64,000 nucleotides of DNA from Leucoraja erinacea (Eukaryota). This document shows, one piece after another, positions 51,457-64,000 of the stretch; the first letter of the stretch is position 1, and the number at the start of each line of letters is the position of its first letter. A program made the position numbers and the translations under genes. The notes under the pieces are model-generated. The model saw only the letters and a program-made list of their open reading frames with translations. It was not told where the DNA came from and ran no database searches. The DNA is taken from positions 60,946,001-61,010,000 of the forward strand of contig NC_073380.1 in the NCBI RefSeq assembly GCF_028641065.1. Direction: 5' to 3'.

Positions 51457-51760
51457 TGGGCAACTTCGTGATGCATTTGGTCGAGCTGCTGCCTCACCGC
51501 ACCCCAGACCCAGGTTCGAGTCTGACCGTGGGGGTTGCCTGTGTGGAGTTTGCACGATCTCCCTGTGACCACGTGGGTTTCCTGTGGGCGCTCTGGTTGC
51601 CCTCAACACCCCAAAGACGTATGGGTTTGTAGGTTCATCAACGTTGAATGAGTGGATGCGAACGTGGGATAACCTTGAACTACTCTGAACTATGATCGAC
51701 GGTCGGCGTGGATTCGCTGGGCCGAAGGGCCTTGTTTCCACGCTGTAACTTTCAATCAAT
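51457..51760 (+). mobile_element. HE1/V-SINE-like tRNA-derived SINE
   Basis: tRNA head (ctgcctcac...ggttcgagtc), V-domain core (gtgtggagtttgcacg.tctccc...gtgggtttcc), tail gggccgaagggcc. Confidence 0.85.
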
Positions 51761-52099
51761 CGATTTCTAAAATTCCTTCACCGATCTGAAGATTATGGTT
51801 TTGAAACGGAAGATCGGTAAAAAGCTCGGTAAAAGTTAATTTAACAGAAATATAATAAACTTTGAAAAAGAGTAATATTTCAGTAGATTAAAGGTTTTAA
51901 TACTTTGATCTTCAAGTTACTTTGTTACCGAGCACAATTAATTAATTGCGAAGTTGATCTCTAACAAACCAGTGTTTATTTAATAACTTTCGTATACAAT
52001 GTATTATTCCGTAGAATAGAACGAGTTAATTTTAATCAGACATGCGGCGTGATTCATATTTCAGTGAAACAAACTATTAATCTGGCGTTGCCGCCTTCC

Positions 52100-52660
52100 A
52101 TCAACTAGGCTCGGAAGCGACTAAAACGTCTAGAAAGGTCAGCCAGATGATATAAAACGGTTTGAATTTATAAAGAAGAACATTTTCTGCTCGGTGTGAT
52201 AAGGAAGGCAATTGTAGAAAGGATTTAGTTACCGATTCAGCACGTTTTCTCGGTCGTTCTGTTGTGGCCCCGAGGTCTCGGTGCACGAGAAGGCGCCACG
52301 TCAACGTTTTTCTGGCCATGGGAAGATAAGATGCATTAAAGTCTGATCTGTGGGCGACCAGAGGTCGTGTTGGCTGAAAGAGCTCGATGGACGCCGATGC
52401 CGATGCCGATGCCGACCGGGGCACCATTGCCCGCCGCGCGGGAAGGAAGCGGCCGGGTCACCGTTACAAACGCTAACGTTCGCCCGCGTGGTGGAGTCCG
52501 CGAGCATGCGCACAGCTCCAGTCCCAGCCCCAACCCCAACCCCAACCCTAACCATAGCAACAGCCCTAACCCTAGCAACAGCCTCGCCATTGGACCGAGC
52601 GCTAGCGGGAGCGGCGGGCGCACTGCTGTCGTGAATGGTAATGTGGAGAGAGTGGCGTTT
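52100..52660 (-). promoter_or_regulatory. CpG island; candidate promoter/first exon of the snoRNA host gene with a 5'TOP start
   Basis: Minus strand CTTCCTTCCCGCGCGGCGG from 52449; NRF1-like GAGCATGCGC and RFX-like (c)tagcaac upstream; possible donor CG|GTAACT at 52232. Confidence 0.65.
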
Positions 52661-52680
52661 GTTACTAAAATTACTCGTGT

Positions 52681-52753
52681 AGAACAGTACTCGTGGTAAC
52701 GTAGTACATGTAATTTAGAACAGTACTCGTGGTAACGTAGTACATGTAATTTA
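52681..52753. repeat. 37-bp tandem duplication
   Basis: agaacagtactcgtggtaacgtagtacatgtaattt twice. Confidence 0.9.
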
Positions 52754-52992
52754 GGATAACACTAAATTCTTAATTAGTCCAGGTTTTTAGAAGTTATGGA
52801 GAGAAGGCAGGAGAATGGGGTTAGGAGGGAGAGATAGATCAGCCATGATTGAATGCCAGAGTAGACCTGATGGGCCGAATGGCCTAATTCTACTCCTCTC
52901 ACTTATGACCTTGCTCATGATAATTTAGGACAGTGCTGGTGGTAATGTAGGACAGTGGGTCCATTGCATTTATTACTTGTGGTGATTGGGGG

Positions 52993-53026
52993 CAAAGATT
53001 ATAGAGGAGCTCCTCTAGTATCTTTG
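52993..53026. mobile_element. 34-bp quasi-palindromic element with 8-bp TSD, copy 3
   Basis: CAAAGATTATAGAGGAG|CTCCTCTAGTATCTTTG, flanked by attggggg at 52985-52992 and 53027-53034. Confidence 0.85.
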
Positions 53027-53759
53027 ATTGGGGGAGGAGTCTATTACCAGCATTACTGATAGCAACCGAGGAGATGGACACAAAATGCTGGAGTAACTCA
53101 GTGGGACAGGCAACATCTCTGGAGAGAGGAATGGGTGACGGTTCAGGTTGATACTCTTCTTCAGACAGTATCAGATCTTCTGATAGTAATGTAGGGAACG
53201 GGCCATTTACTTATGGATGGCAAAATAGCATCATGGTCAGTTACTATTATTACCGTTGGTAATTAAGGAAATGTTCTGCTAATTAGAGTAATATGTTAGG
53301 GGCAGTTTGTTACTATCATTACTGGTAGTAATCCAGATGAATAAATTTGCCACAAGCAATTATATTGTTGACGGTAAGAATGGGAGTAGGTTATTTCCTG
53401 TTATTACTTCTGGTAATCTGGGAGGACTTCTTTTACTGACATTACTGATGGTGATGTAGGATAAACAGTCGGAAACAGCCTTTACTGATGGTTATATGGA
53501 AATATACTTTATTACAAATAGAAGTGATGATAATATAGGAGAGATAGAAGATAGACACAAAATGCTGGAGTAACTCAGCACATCAGACAGCATCTGTCAC
53601 AGAAGATCAACGGTGAGGGAAAGTCTTCTTAAATGTCTGAGAAGATTTGTCAAGCCCAGTAAGATTCTCTCGAAGCTCAACAGATTCTATAGAATGATTT
53701 CTGACTGGATGCATCTCACCTGTCATGGTAACTGCTCTACTCTTGACTGCCTGAATCTG

Positions 53760-55437
53760 TAGAGAATATTGAACACAACCCAGTCGCATCTTCCCATCTC
53801 CACTCCATTCCACTTTCTGTGGAGACCACCCCCTCCACAACTCCATGGTTCACTCATCCATTCCCACCAACCTTCACCATCCCCAGGAACTTACACTGGT
53901 AACCATTGGAGGTGTAAGATCCTTCCCTACAGCTCCTGCCTCACATCCATCCAGGGACCCCAGCCACTATTCCAGTTGAGACTGAGGTTCAGGTGCACCT
54001 TTTCAAACTGTTTCTATTGCATTCAATGCTTCTGGTGTGGCCAAGATATTGGGGAGACCAAGTGCAAACTAGGCAACTGTTTCTTTTTTTTTAAATATAT
54101 TTAATTTTTTTATTTGAAGTATATGCATATCATAATCCAAACCAATACAAACTTTGTTTAACAATTACATATTATCAGTATCTAGGATTCCAGGGACTCA
54201 TCCAAGGAAGAACAAAGGAAGAGACTTGAACTTATTTTGCCTTCCATCACAGTGAGGAATGTGTAGGAGTCACTGTGGTGGATGTTCATGTTAAATATGT
54301 TTTTGAATCTGTTGCTTTTAATTGTATGACTGACCTGGCCAGTGAAATTCCTTGTATGTTGCAAAACATACTTGGCGAATAAAAACTGATTCTGATTTCT
54401 GGGAATAATACAGAAGGTGTAGTTCAGTCCAAAGAGGAAGAAAGATTCCAAGGGGAGTAAGAGGCGACCGTGGCTGACGAGAGAAGTCAGGGACAGTATA
54501 AAAATAAAAGAGAAGTACAACATAGCAAAGGATTGGGTAATGTTTAAAGAGCAACAGAAGATAACTAAAAAGGCATTACGGGGAGAAAAGATGAGGTACG
54601 AAGGTAAGCTAGCCAAGAATATAAAGGAGGATAGTAAAAGCTATAGTGAAAGTAAAAGGTAGTATGTGTAGAGGAAAAAATGAGTTAAGACCAAAGTTGG
54701 ACCCTTGAAGACTGAAAAAGGTGAATTTATTATGGGGAACAAGGAAATGGTAGATGTGTTGAACAGATACCATTTCCTTGTTCCCCATAATAAATTCACC
54801 TTTTTCAGTCTTCAAGGGTCCAACTTTGAAGACTGAAAAAGGTGAATTTATTATGGGGAAGGACATTCTTGCTATTGAGGGAGTGCAGCATAGGTTCACA
54901 AGGCTAATTCCCAGGATGGCAGGACTGTCATATGCTGAGAGAATGGAGTGGCTGGGCTTGTATACTCTGGAATTCAGAAGGATGAGAGGGTATCTTATTG
55001 AAACATATAAGATTGTTAAAGGTTTGGATATGCTAGAGGCAGGAAACATGTTCCCGATGTTGGGGGAGTCCAGAACCAGGGGCCACAGATTAAGAATAAG
55101 GGGTAAGGCATTTAGAACGGAGATGATGAAACACTTTTTCACACAGAGAGTTGTGAATGTGGAATTCTCTGCCTCAGAGAGCGGTGGAGGCTGGTTCTCT
55201 GGATACTTTCAAGAGAAAGCTTGATTGGGCTCTTAAAGATAGCGGAGTCAGGGGATATGGGGAGAAGGCAGGAACGGGTACTGATTGGGGATGATCAGCA
55301 ATGATCACATTGAATGGTGGTGCTGGCTCGAAGGGCCGAATGGCCTACTCTTGCACCTATAGTCTATTGTCTATATTCCACTTAGGTAGCTTACAACCCA
55401 ACTGTATGAATATTGAATTTTCAAACTTCCAAGTAAT
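53760..55437 (+). mobile_element. Penelope-like fragment interrupted by a rearranged CR1 (~54397-55374)
   Basis: Penelope-like IQGPQ..FQ...RFRC....YCIQC...IGETK resumes at ~55376 (ggtagcttacaacccaactgtatgaatattgaattt). The CR1 carries IPRGVR..PWLTRE and C-terminal LYTLEFRRMRG. Confidence 0.75.
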
Positions 55438-57099
55438 AACTACCACATGACCCCACAGATGAGCACCAGGCCATAATATCTCAGAGCATTTCTGACTTCA
55501 TCACTTCCGGCTGTCTGCCCTCCACGGCTTCCAACCTTATCGTTCCCCAGCCCCGCATGGCCCTGTTTTACCTTCTCTGTTGAATGTGAGTTAATCCACA
55601 GAACAAATGAGCAACTGTTTAATCTGAGTTTACTTCAGTGCACAGGAGGGTCAACTTCAGTCAACAAACTGCATTCCACAAATTATGCTTGTGTAGCGTA
55701 TATTTTGTGGCTCTAAGTTATTTGAAGGTCTAAGTCTGTCAACTAATTTACTGAAGGATTCAAGTGAATGGGCCTTATCCCTAATGCCCACCAAACAAAG
55801 GTCAACTACAAGCAGTCCATAGCTGCACACCATGATGACATGCTGGAAAATATAACTAAATTCAGGCAGATATTAATAATTAAATTCACTATTGTCTGCA
55901 TGAGCACAGTCTTTGGTCGTCTGAGGAAAACTTAAGATAAAGATCTCTAATCAGGAGCAGTTCCTTCCTGCACATTTCATCTCGTCCACTGCGAAATCTC
56001 TTCAAGGTATGTCTACTTTGAAGAAGTTCTTCTCTCTCTGATGAGAGTTCTGCAACATCCTCTCTCGCTGCTCTGTGCATTCATTTGATCGACAGTGTAT
56101 CTCTCTCTACATCACTGTCTATATCTCTTGTTTCCCTTTACGCTGACTAGTCTGAAGAAGGGTCTCGACCCGAAACATCACCCATTCCTTCCCTCCAGAG
56201 ACGCTGCCTGTCCTACTGAATTACTCCAGCATTTTGTGTTTATCAAAGATCATGTCTGCTGGGCTGTGGTGATATCTCTCCTGCTGAATGCTTCTGAGAC
56301 ATGAATAATCTGCAGCAGGCATCTCAAAGGTTAGAGACACTGCCAACGCTGCCTTTGCAAAATCCGTCATCTCCAAAAGCTGCGTAGGTAAACTAATCTC
56401 AGTGGACCCTCTAGGCCAACTTTCACATCATTGACACTCAGTCAACCTTGACAGACAGGTCATGTTTTCATGCACAACACTAAACCTGCAAAATGGACAA
56501 CCTATTCTAATTTCTGCAAGCGATTACCACGTGGACTGGATAGAGAATCAAGTAAATTCTCCAAGCCTCATTGAAAACATGGGAATTCCCAATTTAAACT
56601 GATCACCACCCTCAATACCCATCAGCTTGCCCTTCAAGCACCTCCTGTCCCACCTCAAGTCTCATCAGTCACATCGGAATCCACAGAATTGGAGTGAAAA
56701 CAAGTCCTCATTCCCAAGGACTGGCCTAGAAGATTGAGGTTAAAACATCTGGATATTTTTATGTGTACAGCTATTCATAGAAGTAAAATGGAGACACAAG
56801 AGACTGCAAATGCAGGACTCGTAAGCAGTTCTGAAGAAGGGTCCTGACCCAAAATGTTGTCTGTCCATTTCCCTTCACAGATGTTGACTCGCTGTTCCTT
56901 CCACAGTATTATTTGCTCGGCTATCCATAGCCGCTTTAATTTAATCTAATATGATTTTGTTCAACTTCATTTTAATCTTTAAATGATAATATTTATTTAA
57001 AAGTTATATCAATATACATGAGTATATTTCCCTATCAATGCAATGACTGGAGAAACCAACACACTTAAAGCTATCAGGCCCATCACAAGTTCACAAGTT

Positions 57100-58121
57100 A
57101 ATGGAATCAAGGGATATGGGGAGAAAGCAGGAACAGGGTACTGATTTAGGATGATCATATTGAATGGCGGTGCTGGATCAAAGGGCCAGATGGCCTAACA
57201 TGGCCTATGTTAAGTTAAAGGAGTAGAATTAAACCATTCAGCCCATCGAGTCTACTTCGCCATTTAATCATGGCTGATCTCTGCCTCCTAATCCCATTTT
57301 CCTGCCTGCTCCCCATAACCCTTGATACCCAATCTAATCAAGAATTTGTCTATCTCTGCCTTAAAAATATCCACTGACTAGGCCTCCACAGCCGTCTGCA
57401 GCAATGAGTTCCACAGATTAACTACCCTCTGACTAAAGAAGTTCTTCCTCACCTCGTTTCTAGAAGAGCGCCATTTAATTCTGAGGATATGACCTCTGGT
57501 CCTAGATTCACCCACCAGTGGAAACATCCTTTCCACATCCACTCTATCTATGCCTTTCATTAATCTAATCCCTTCTAGATTGATAATGGATCAAGATACC
57601 AGTTTTAATAATGTGGGAACTAGAACCAGTTTTACAGTTTGCAAACATTTAGAAGTACAAAAAGACAAATTGATACAGTTTATGTTAAAACAATGCAATT
57701 AAAAAGACTATAGATTGATTTCTACTTGGAATATGTTAGCAACTGAACCTCCATAACTTCTTGGGTGGAGAACTCCAAAGCTTCACAACCATCTGCTTGA
57801 AGAAATACCTTCTCATTGGTGTCTTGAATGTCCAATCCCTTATTTTGAAATTGTGTCCACTAGCTTTAGACCCCAACTGAAAAAAAAAAATAATCTGGTG
57901 AATCTGTGGAATTCTCTGCCACAGAAGGTAGTTGAGGCCAGTTCATTGGCTAGATTTAAGAGGGAGTTAGATGGGGCCCTTGTGGCTAAAGGGATCAGGG
58001 GGTATGGAGAGAAGGCAGGTATGGGATATAGATTTGGATTATCAGCCATGATCATATTGAATGGTGATGCAGGCTCGAAGGGCCGAATGGCCTGCTCCTG
58101 CACCTATTTTCTATGTTTCTA
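57100..58121. mobile_element. CR1 3' fragments in both orientations
   Basis: [24 protein letters not shown] on -; NLWNSLPQKVVEA plus tail on + (57893-58121). Confidence 0.85.
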
Positions 58122-60490
58122 TCTTTCATCTCTGTATCTATTCTGTCAAGGCCTTATGATTTTTTTAATATTTTGATATTTTTTCTGAACTCAAAGTATA
58201 AGCTCTATCTACTTAACATATCCTCTTACATTGATTCTTGGGATGGTAGATTTAATCTGAATTTTTACTACACTCCCTCTATTTCGAGTACATTCTTCCT
58301 TAGGCAAGGAGACCAGGCCCATTCATAATATTCCCAGTGTGATTTCATTTCAGCCATATCTAGTTTTAGTAGGATGTCCTTTGTTGTGAAATTCTCACGA
58401 TAAAAAACAATATGCTATTTATCTTCCTAAGTATTACTTGTTCTGCATGATACATTTCAGTAATTTGTGTGCAAGGACATCGCAACATCAATACTTTTCG
58501 GTTTCTCACATTTATTAAACTGAGTAGTCTTTCTATTTTTTTTCTACCAACATCGATATTTTTCTACATATATTCCATCTGCTTGTCTATTCACTTAAGC
58601 TATACATGTCCCCCTAAAGCCTCTCTGCACCCTCATCAGATCTCATCCTGTCGAGCAGATTTGTACCATCAACATACTTGGATATATTGCATGACCCCAT
58701 TCAATTCATTGATGTAGATTGTGAACAGCTGGGGCCACCACACTGATCTCCGTGACATCCTGCTAAAATGACAACTTCCCAACATAATCTCTGTTTTATG
58801 TCTGTAATTCAGTCCTTATTGTACACCAGTATATTACTCCCAATATTGTGCCCTCTGATTTAGTACTCTCCTGAAAATCTTCTTTCCTGAGAATTTGAGA
58901 TGTAATAATTAGTGCAAAGTTTAGGCAATCACAAAGCACAATATTTCAAACAATTGTAAGTTTTACACAAAAAGCTGGAGTAACTCAGCGGGACAGGTAG
59001 CATCAATGTAACTGAAACAGGCCAAGCTTTTTGTGTCATCCGAAACATCACCCATTCCTTCTGTCCAGAGAGGCTGCCTGTCCCGCTGAGTTACTCCAAC
59101 ATTTTCAGTTTAAGCTAGCATCTGCAGTTCCTTTCTACACAATTATAAGTTTTAAGTCTATGAAAATAAAAAAGGCAACAATAAATTAGATTTAGACGTC
59201 TGCGGAATAACCTTCAATCTAGTTTCTGTCTGTGTACTATTAGTCTTTTTCTTTGCATTTACTAATAAAATAAGCAGTAACCTTGAGGAAATTTTCACAA
59301 TCAAATGAGCACATAGTAAGTTTATTTCTGACATGAATATTTCTGACAAACCCATCAAATTTGATACATGAATTCAATCCAACCCGATTTTGTGCAATTT
59401 AGATCATAAAGATTATGTTAAAATAATACAAAGTGTAGGTGTGAGTAAGTATGAAAATATAAATATACATGAAAACATCCGACATTACCTTCTCTCTTTG
59501 AATATATCAAATAATTAAACCAAGATTTTGATCCACCTTTTCTATCAATAATTGCTGTAAATATTGATATGATTGCCCAAGCGAAATTGAAATGATGAAT
59601 CAGACAATTTAAATAAATGGACAGATATTTTATTTTCGATCAATACAGTAAGATAAATACCAGCGTAAATTATTCTTCCAAAAATGTGGATAATTTTGGA
59701 TATCGCCAAGTCATTTTAAAATGAAGTAATAAGTAGTTCAGTGTTAATATGTGCTTATTATTCTCCATGGTATAAGGGTGGTCAGATTACCTAACATATT
59801 GGACGCATGATTTTGATTAATTTCAATTATGTAACAGTTTGGTACAAATCTGTTAGCTTGGCTGGTTGATCGTATATTGACCACTGGATAGTTTCACAAA
59901 GATTTCAATCATTTCGAAGATGATTACGTTATGAAAGTTTCAACAATCAAAGTGCGCACGCCCAGCTGCGCACAACGTTACTTTGCTATTCATTCCTGAT
60001 TTTAGTGCAAACCTATTTGAATTGAAAGTGCACAGCCGATCAGTCGCGCTGAGTTTTCAATCCCGGCAACCCGACTCAAGCCTTTCAGCACCAGAAGCAG
60101 TAAACACTTGAACTGAAAATGTCAACTTCCTCACTTCTCAAAGTTGAAGCGACGGTGCTTCAATGTCATTACGTCGGACATCACTGAAAGGTCTCCGGCA
60201 CGCATTATTTAAAGATTTCACAAATAACGCTTGGTTTATTAGTAAATCGCGAAATATGTTCATGTTTTTCATACATTTAAAATTAAACGATTTTTTTTAG
60301 ATCATCACTTTCATTTGAATAGTTCTCTTCAATTACTGTACTGTATATATGTTTACTTATTTCTGTGAATATCTGTATCTTGATAATGTTCATTTACGTT
60401 TCAAAAAGCTAATTTAAGAATTGCCAATGTGACTTTGTTTCGACAATTAACGTTAGAAGCCGTGCGTTGAGTTTTGAGGCAGTCTCCTAT

Positions 60491-60601
60491 TTAGACGGGG
60501 TCGGGGTTGGTCGTCTTTGCTTGAGTTTGAATCTCCGATTGACCCGAATTCAGAAACTGTCCCGTTGCACCGACATACAACCTGGATCGCATCGGCCATT
60601 T
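60491..60601 (-). CDS. TCF24: TCF24 terminal coding exon
   Basis: aatttcag|[36 protein letters not shown]. Confidence 0.92.
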   Translation of the reverse strand, partial: KWPMRSRLYVGATGQFLNSGQSEIQTQAKTTNPDPV

Positions 60602-62762
60602 CTGAAATTCATGAAGGAAGATAAATATTTATAACACTTGCTGGTCCGACTGTTTCATTTTAAAAACATGAACATACAATACAAATCGGCGGTTTAAAAT
60701 CAGAACGCCTGTCAAACGAAACGCTTTTTGTTTTATATATATTGGCCAAGTATTTTGTTTTCACCGATTTTCAGATAAATGTGATACCTGCATGGCCCTC
60801 GACTTCATGCACAACAATTGTGTTTTTGGGAGGCATTGAGATTATTGTTTACATCAGACCAATTCAAATACAAAATTACAATTGAGATATTACCGATTCA
60901 ATGTATTGCAATTACAGTCATCCGTTATATTAGTGTTAAATTATAAAAACATATTGGCGACGTTACTCATTTTGGAAGTTGATTTTTACATATTGGAGCC
61001 GTGTTTCCGAGTAATATTTACAATTTCCCCGATTCAGATATGTGTGGGGAATAAGTACATCTTCAGCAAGGAATCGTCATGATAATTTATGTGTGTGTTT
61101 TTAGCTTAGTCTTTCAGTCGTAATTACTTGAAAACGTCGTTTTATGTTACATGACATTTGTATTTTAAATGATGATTGATGCAAGTGTTATCAGACTGTA
61201 ATTTAAACAATGGTTAGTACTTCCAGTTATACTGCACAAATGGTTGTAATGGATTTAAACTGCTGGACATTAAAGTAGAAGAATAAAGTTACGCACAACA
61301 TTTACCCAGATCAATACAGACCGATAAAATTAAAAAATGTACGACAAAATAATCCCGCAATATTGGAATTGCAACATGTTTTACTATTTCCATTTAGTTT
61401 ACCTTCATTTTTTTTACGCATTAACGTTAACTTCAAACTAAAACTATTCGCAATGGCAAATGGATTGTGTTGAAATTCAAATATATGATCGGTAAGGCAG
61501 GGAATAAATACTTTGGTATTGGATATTAGATTGTCTTCATTTAAAAAAAAAAATTATTTTGTTTTCTCATATATTTTCTGTCCAATTTTCGGCTCGTTTC
61601 TTATTTTAAATTTGGGCGCATCTTAAAACCAGATTTCTGAGAAACGTGAACATTTTAGGGATTGCTACTTTCATTTTGAGCTATTCAAATCTAGGAGTAC
61701 CTTAAAAAAACCGCAGAGTTTGAGTCCATAACTGAAAAAGTCAAAGAATGTCCAGCAATTGATAGATCAAAAACTCTATATTCTGACTTCAGTACTAGCC
61801 AGCAAAAAGTTTAACAAAATTAGTTTTCAATGTGTTGATTTATTGTGGGCAGTTGACAATTTAATTTAAGAAAGCCGAAAAGTGAAACGTGAGTCCTTTT
61901 TAAAAGGTGTGATTCACTTTACACGGGAGTGAGGGAGAATTTTTCTTCTCTAGTTTGCATTTCAAACCATTGGAAATTACGCAGTTTTCCATCTGTGTTC
62001 TGGGTGATTTCATACGTTCGGAATCTGCCAACAATCCTTTTATCAAAACTGCCTGCTCGTCGCACCAATCGCATAGTTGATCATTTAACAAAACGAGATC
62101 ATATATAGTAATAGAGAGAAAATGATTCGATATGTATGTGAATGTATAACATTTCTTGAATTATCGTTTTAAGTGAATGTTAAAATATTGAAGGCTCAAA
62201 GTATGTTTGGAATGTTACACTGTTTATAGAAACAGTCTACAATTGCAATGGATATTTAGAAGGGGCAGATTATTTAAGCGAAACGATTAAAACATATATT
62301 TTCACAATAAAGAGGCATTGTTCCTACTTTGACCGGATGCAGATATCCGTCCACTTTGAGGGAATGCATTAACTCAGCAGATCTTCGACCTTCTCCTTCC
62401 TCCAAACTTTCTTCCAGGGTGCGGGTTAGATGTGCAATATAGGTGGTTGCTAGGATTAGGACATCCAGTTTGGACAGTTTAGTGTCCGGAGGGACTGACG
62501 GTAGAGTTTTTTGCAGCTCTAAGAAAGCATGTCGCAGGGTTTGTACTCGGCTCCGCTCCCGCGCTGCGTTTGCTGCTGCAGGCCTGCCCCTGATGCGAAC
62601 CACTTTCGGGCGAGATTGTAATTCAGAGAGCTTTCGAGTGGGACAGGTTAGAGAATCGGAATCCGGACAGGGGCTGGGACTGGGGCTGGAACCTGGACTA
62701 TCCTCGATTACGGCCTTTGGAACGGCTGCAGAATCCATTGGACTTTTTTTAGGCTGAACCAT
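60491..62762 (-). CDS. TCF24: Transcription factor 24 (bHLH); 2 coding exons, 181 aa
   Basis: [55 protein letters not shown] bHLH, and GYLHPVK|KWPMRSRLY motif split by a phase-0 intron (60602-62327). Position next to SNHG6/MCMDC2 favours TCF24 over TCF23. Confidence 0.92.
62328..62762 (-). CDS. TCF24: TCF24 first coding exon (exon acceptor at 62801)
   Basis: tatttatttttcag| acceptor; ATG at 62762 ([11 protein letters not shown]...); donor AAA|gtagga. Confidence 0.88.
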
Positions 62763-64000
62763 TCCCCGGGACAAACGCAATGGTCATAGGTAAGTGTCAA
62801 CCTGAAAAATAAATACATTCAATCTAATTTAACAGCGTTTGGTTTAGTTTTCTAAATTGTGACGAATAAAATCGATCATATATATATACACTAGATGAAT
62901 TGTGCTTTGTGAGGAATGGTGTATCAAATAACTCATAGTCGTTGCGATTAACTGGACGCCCCTTGCTTCCAGAGATGCTGCCTGGCCCGCTGGGTTCCCC
63001 CAGCAGCTTGTTTTTTTTTTGCTCCAGATCACAGCATCTGCAGTCTTTGGATCTTTATTTTGCTTTGTAAGTATCACATTTAGCCAATGTTCCAAACATA
63101 TATAGTTTTGTTTTGCAGTAAAGAAAGTTACAACAATGAATTAAGACATACTACAATAACCAGTTGCAAAATCAAGTTTGAAACGGCTCGAAGGGCCGAA
63201 TGGCCTCCTCCTGCACCTATTTTCCATGTTTCTATGTAATATCGCCCCACAATCTTTAAGCTGCGCCAATTGGTTTCAGCGATCTGTAAATATTTTGAAA
63301 AAATGAAGAAATTCCGTGTGTCTTAAATCTGTGAACTACCAAACTTGTATTTTGGCGTTCTATATATACATGGCGCCCCTGCTTTGTTTTTGCTGCAGAC
63401 CAGAATAAACCAACGCTGTATATATACATGGCGATTTTGTTCTGTAAACGGAAACGCGTGCTAATGTGTTACATAGAGTTTTAAAATTACCTTCTTGCAG
63501 GAATCCAGCGTTGATTGTGGAATTTGTTACGTTGGGTCGCTGTGAAAGCTTTCCATGTCCAAGCGTGTTATCCTTGTTTAAAATGCAGGAGTGGGCTCTT
63601 TCTATCCCCCAAGACGAACCTTCTTATAAAGCAACGATGGTAATGATTTCGGCTTCGAGCTTTGGTGGAGAAGAGCGTCGAGTGCACACCTGAGTGAACT
63701 CCCTCCTGCCTCTGGAACCAGTCGTTGACAGCTCAAAGCGCTGACAGTCGCTCCTCTGAGGGCCAATTAATCACCGTGTAGCCACCGCTCACTAACAAGT
63801 AATAGGACTCCTACGCCAACTCTCTTAAAGTGATCACATCCCAGTCTGCGTCCAGCGCAGACTACTTTTAAACAGAAAAAAATGCGCAAAGATCAAGGTG
63901 GTCTAATTTACATTTTGCAACCAAATGGAAATATATCGAGTATTTAAAAAAAAGACAGTGATGTATATTTTACTGCCACATAAATCAATGCAAAGGGTGC

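Larger units (their letters stand above)
41000..52449 (-). ncRNA. SNHG6: Putative SNHG6/U87HG-like snoRNA host lncRNA locus (exon structure and 3' end not resolved)
   Basis: SNORD87 copies on -; CpG island with a 5'TOP-like start at 52449; no credible protein ORF; lies between MCMDC2 and TCF24 as in human. Confidence 0.65.

Noticed and set aside
52520-52575. Interstitial telomere or fusion site
   Set aside because: Only two or three true CCCTAA units; too short and degenerate.
52101-52699. ORFs in the CpG island (MVPRSASASAS…, MRPPLPLALG…)
   Set aside because: Low-complexity products of GC-rich hexamer repeats in several frames; better explained as the promoter/first exon of a non-coding host gene.
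62274-62780. Single-exon 168-aa ORF as the full TCF24 protein
   Set aside because: The ORF starts at a non-ATG codon and reads into the intron after HPVK; the conserved KWPMRSRLY tail is in the exon at 60601-60491.

Overview
Eukaryotic, repeat-rich vertebrate genomic DNA, most likely from a cartilaginous fish (skate/ray; inferred from HE1/V-SINE-, CR1-, Rex/Babar- and Penelope-type repeats). The window holds a complete 14-coding-exon MCMDC2 gene on + (ATG 1274 to stop 31268, 685 aa, all introns GT-AG and phase-consistent) and the two coding exons of the bHLH gene TCF24 on - (62762-62328 and 60601-60491, 181 aa). Between them, on -, lies a non-coding snoRNA host locus at the position of SNHG6/U87HG. 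It has a CpG-island/5'TOP start near 52449 and four copies of the box C/D snoRNA SNORD87 (U87), three of them in a young ~871-bp tandem array. Other notable items: (i) three 34-bp palindromes (17+17 bp) with perfect 8-bp target-site duplications, all at promoters, which fit P-element-type excision footprints or micro-MITEs; (ii) a 143-bp duplication that creates a decoy 3' splice site for MCMDC2 exon 11; (iii) an intron-containing hAT transposase relic; (iv) many Penelope-derived repeats carrying a minimal hammerhead core. Family names come from motif recognition and memory, not database searches. Repeat boundaries are approximate.
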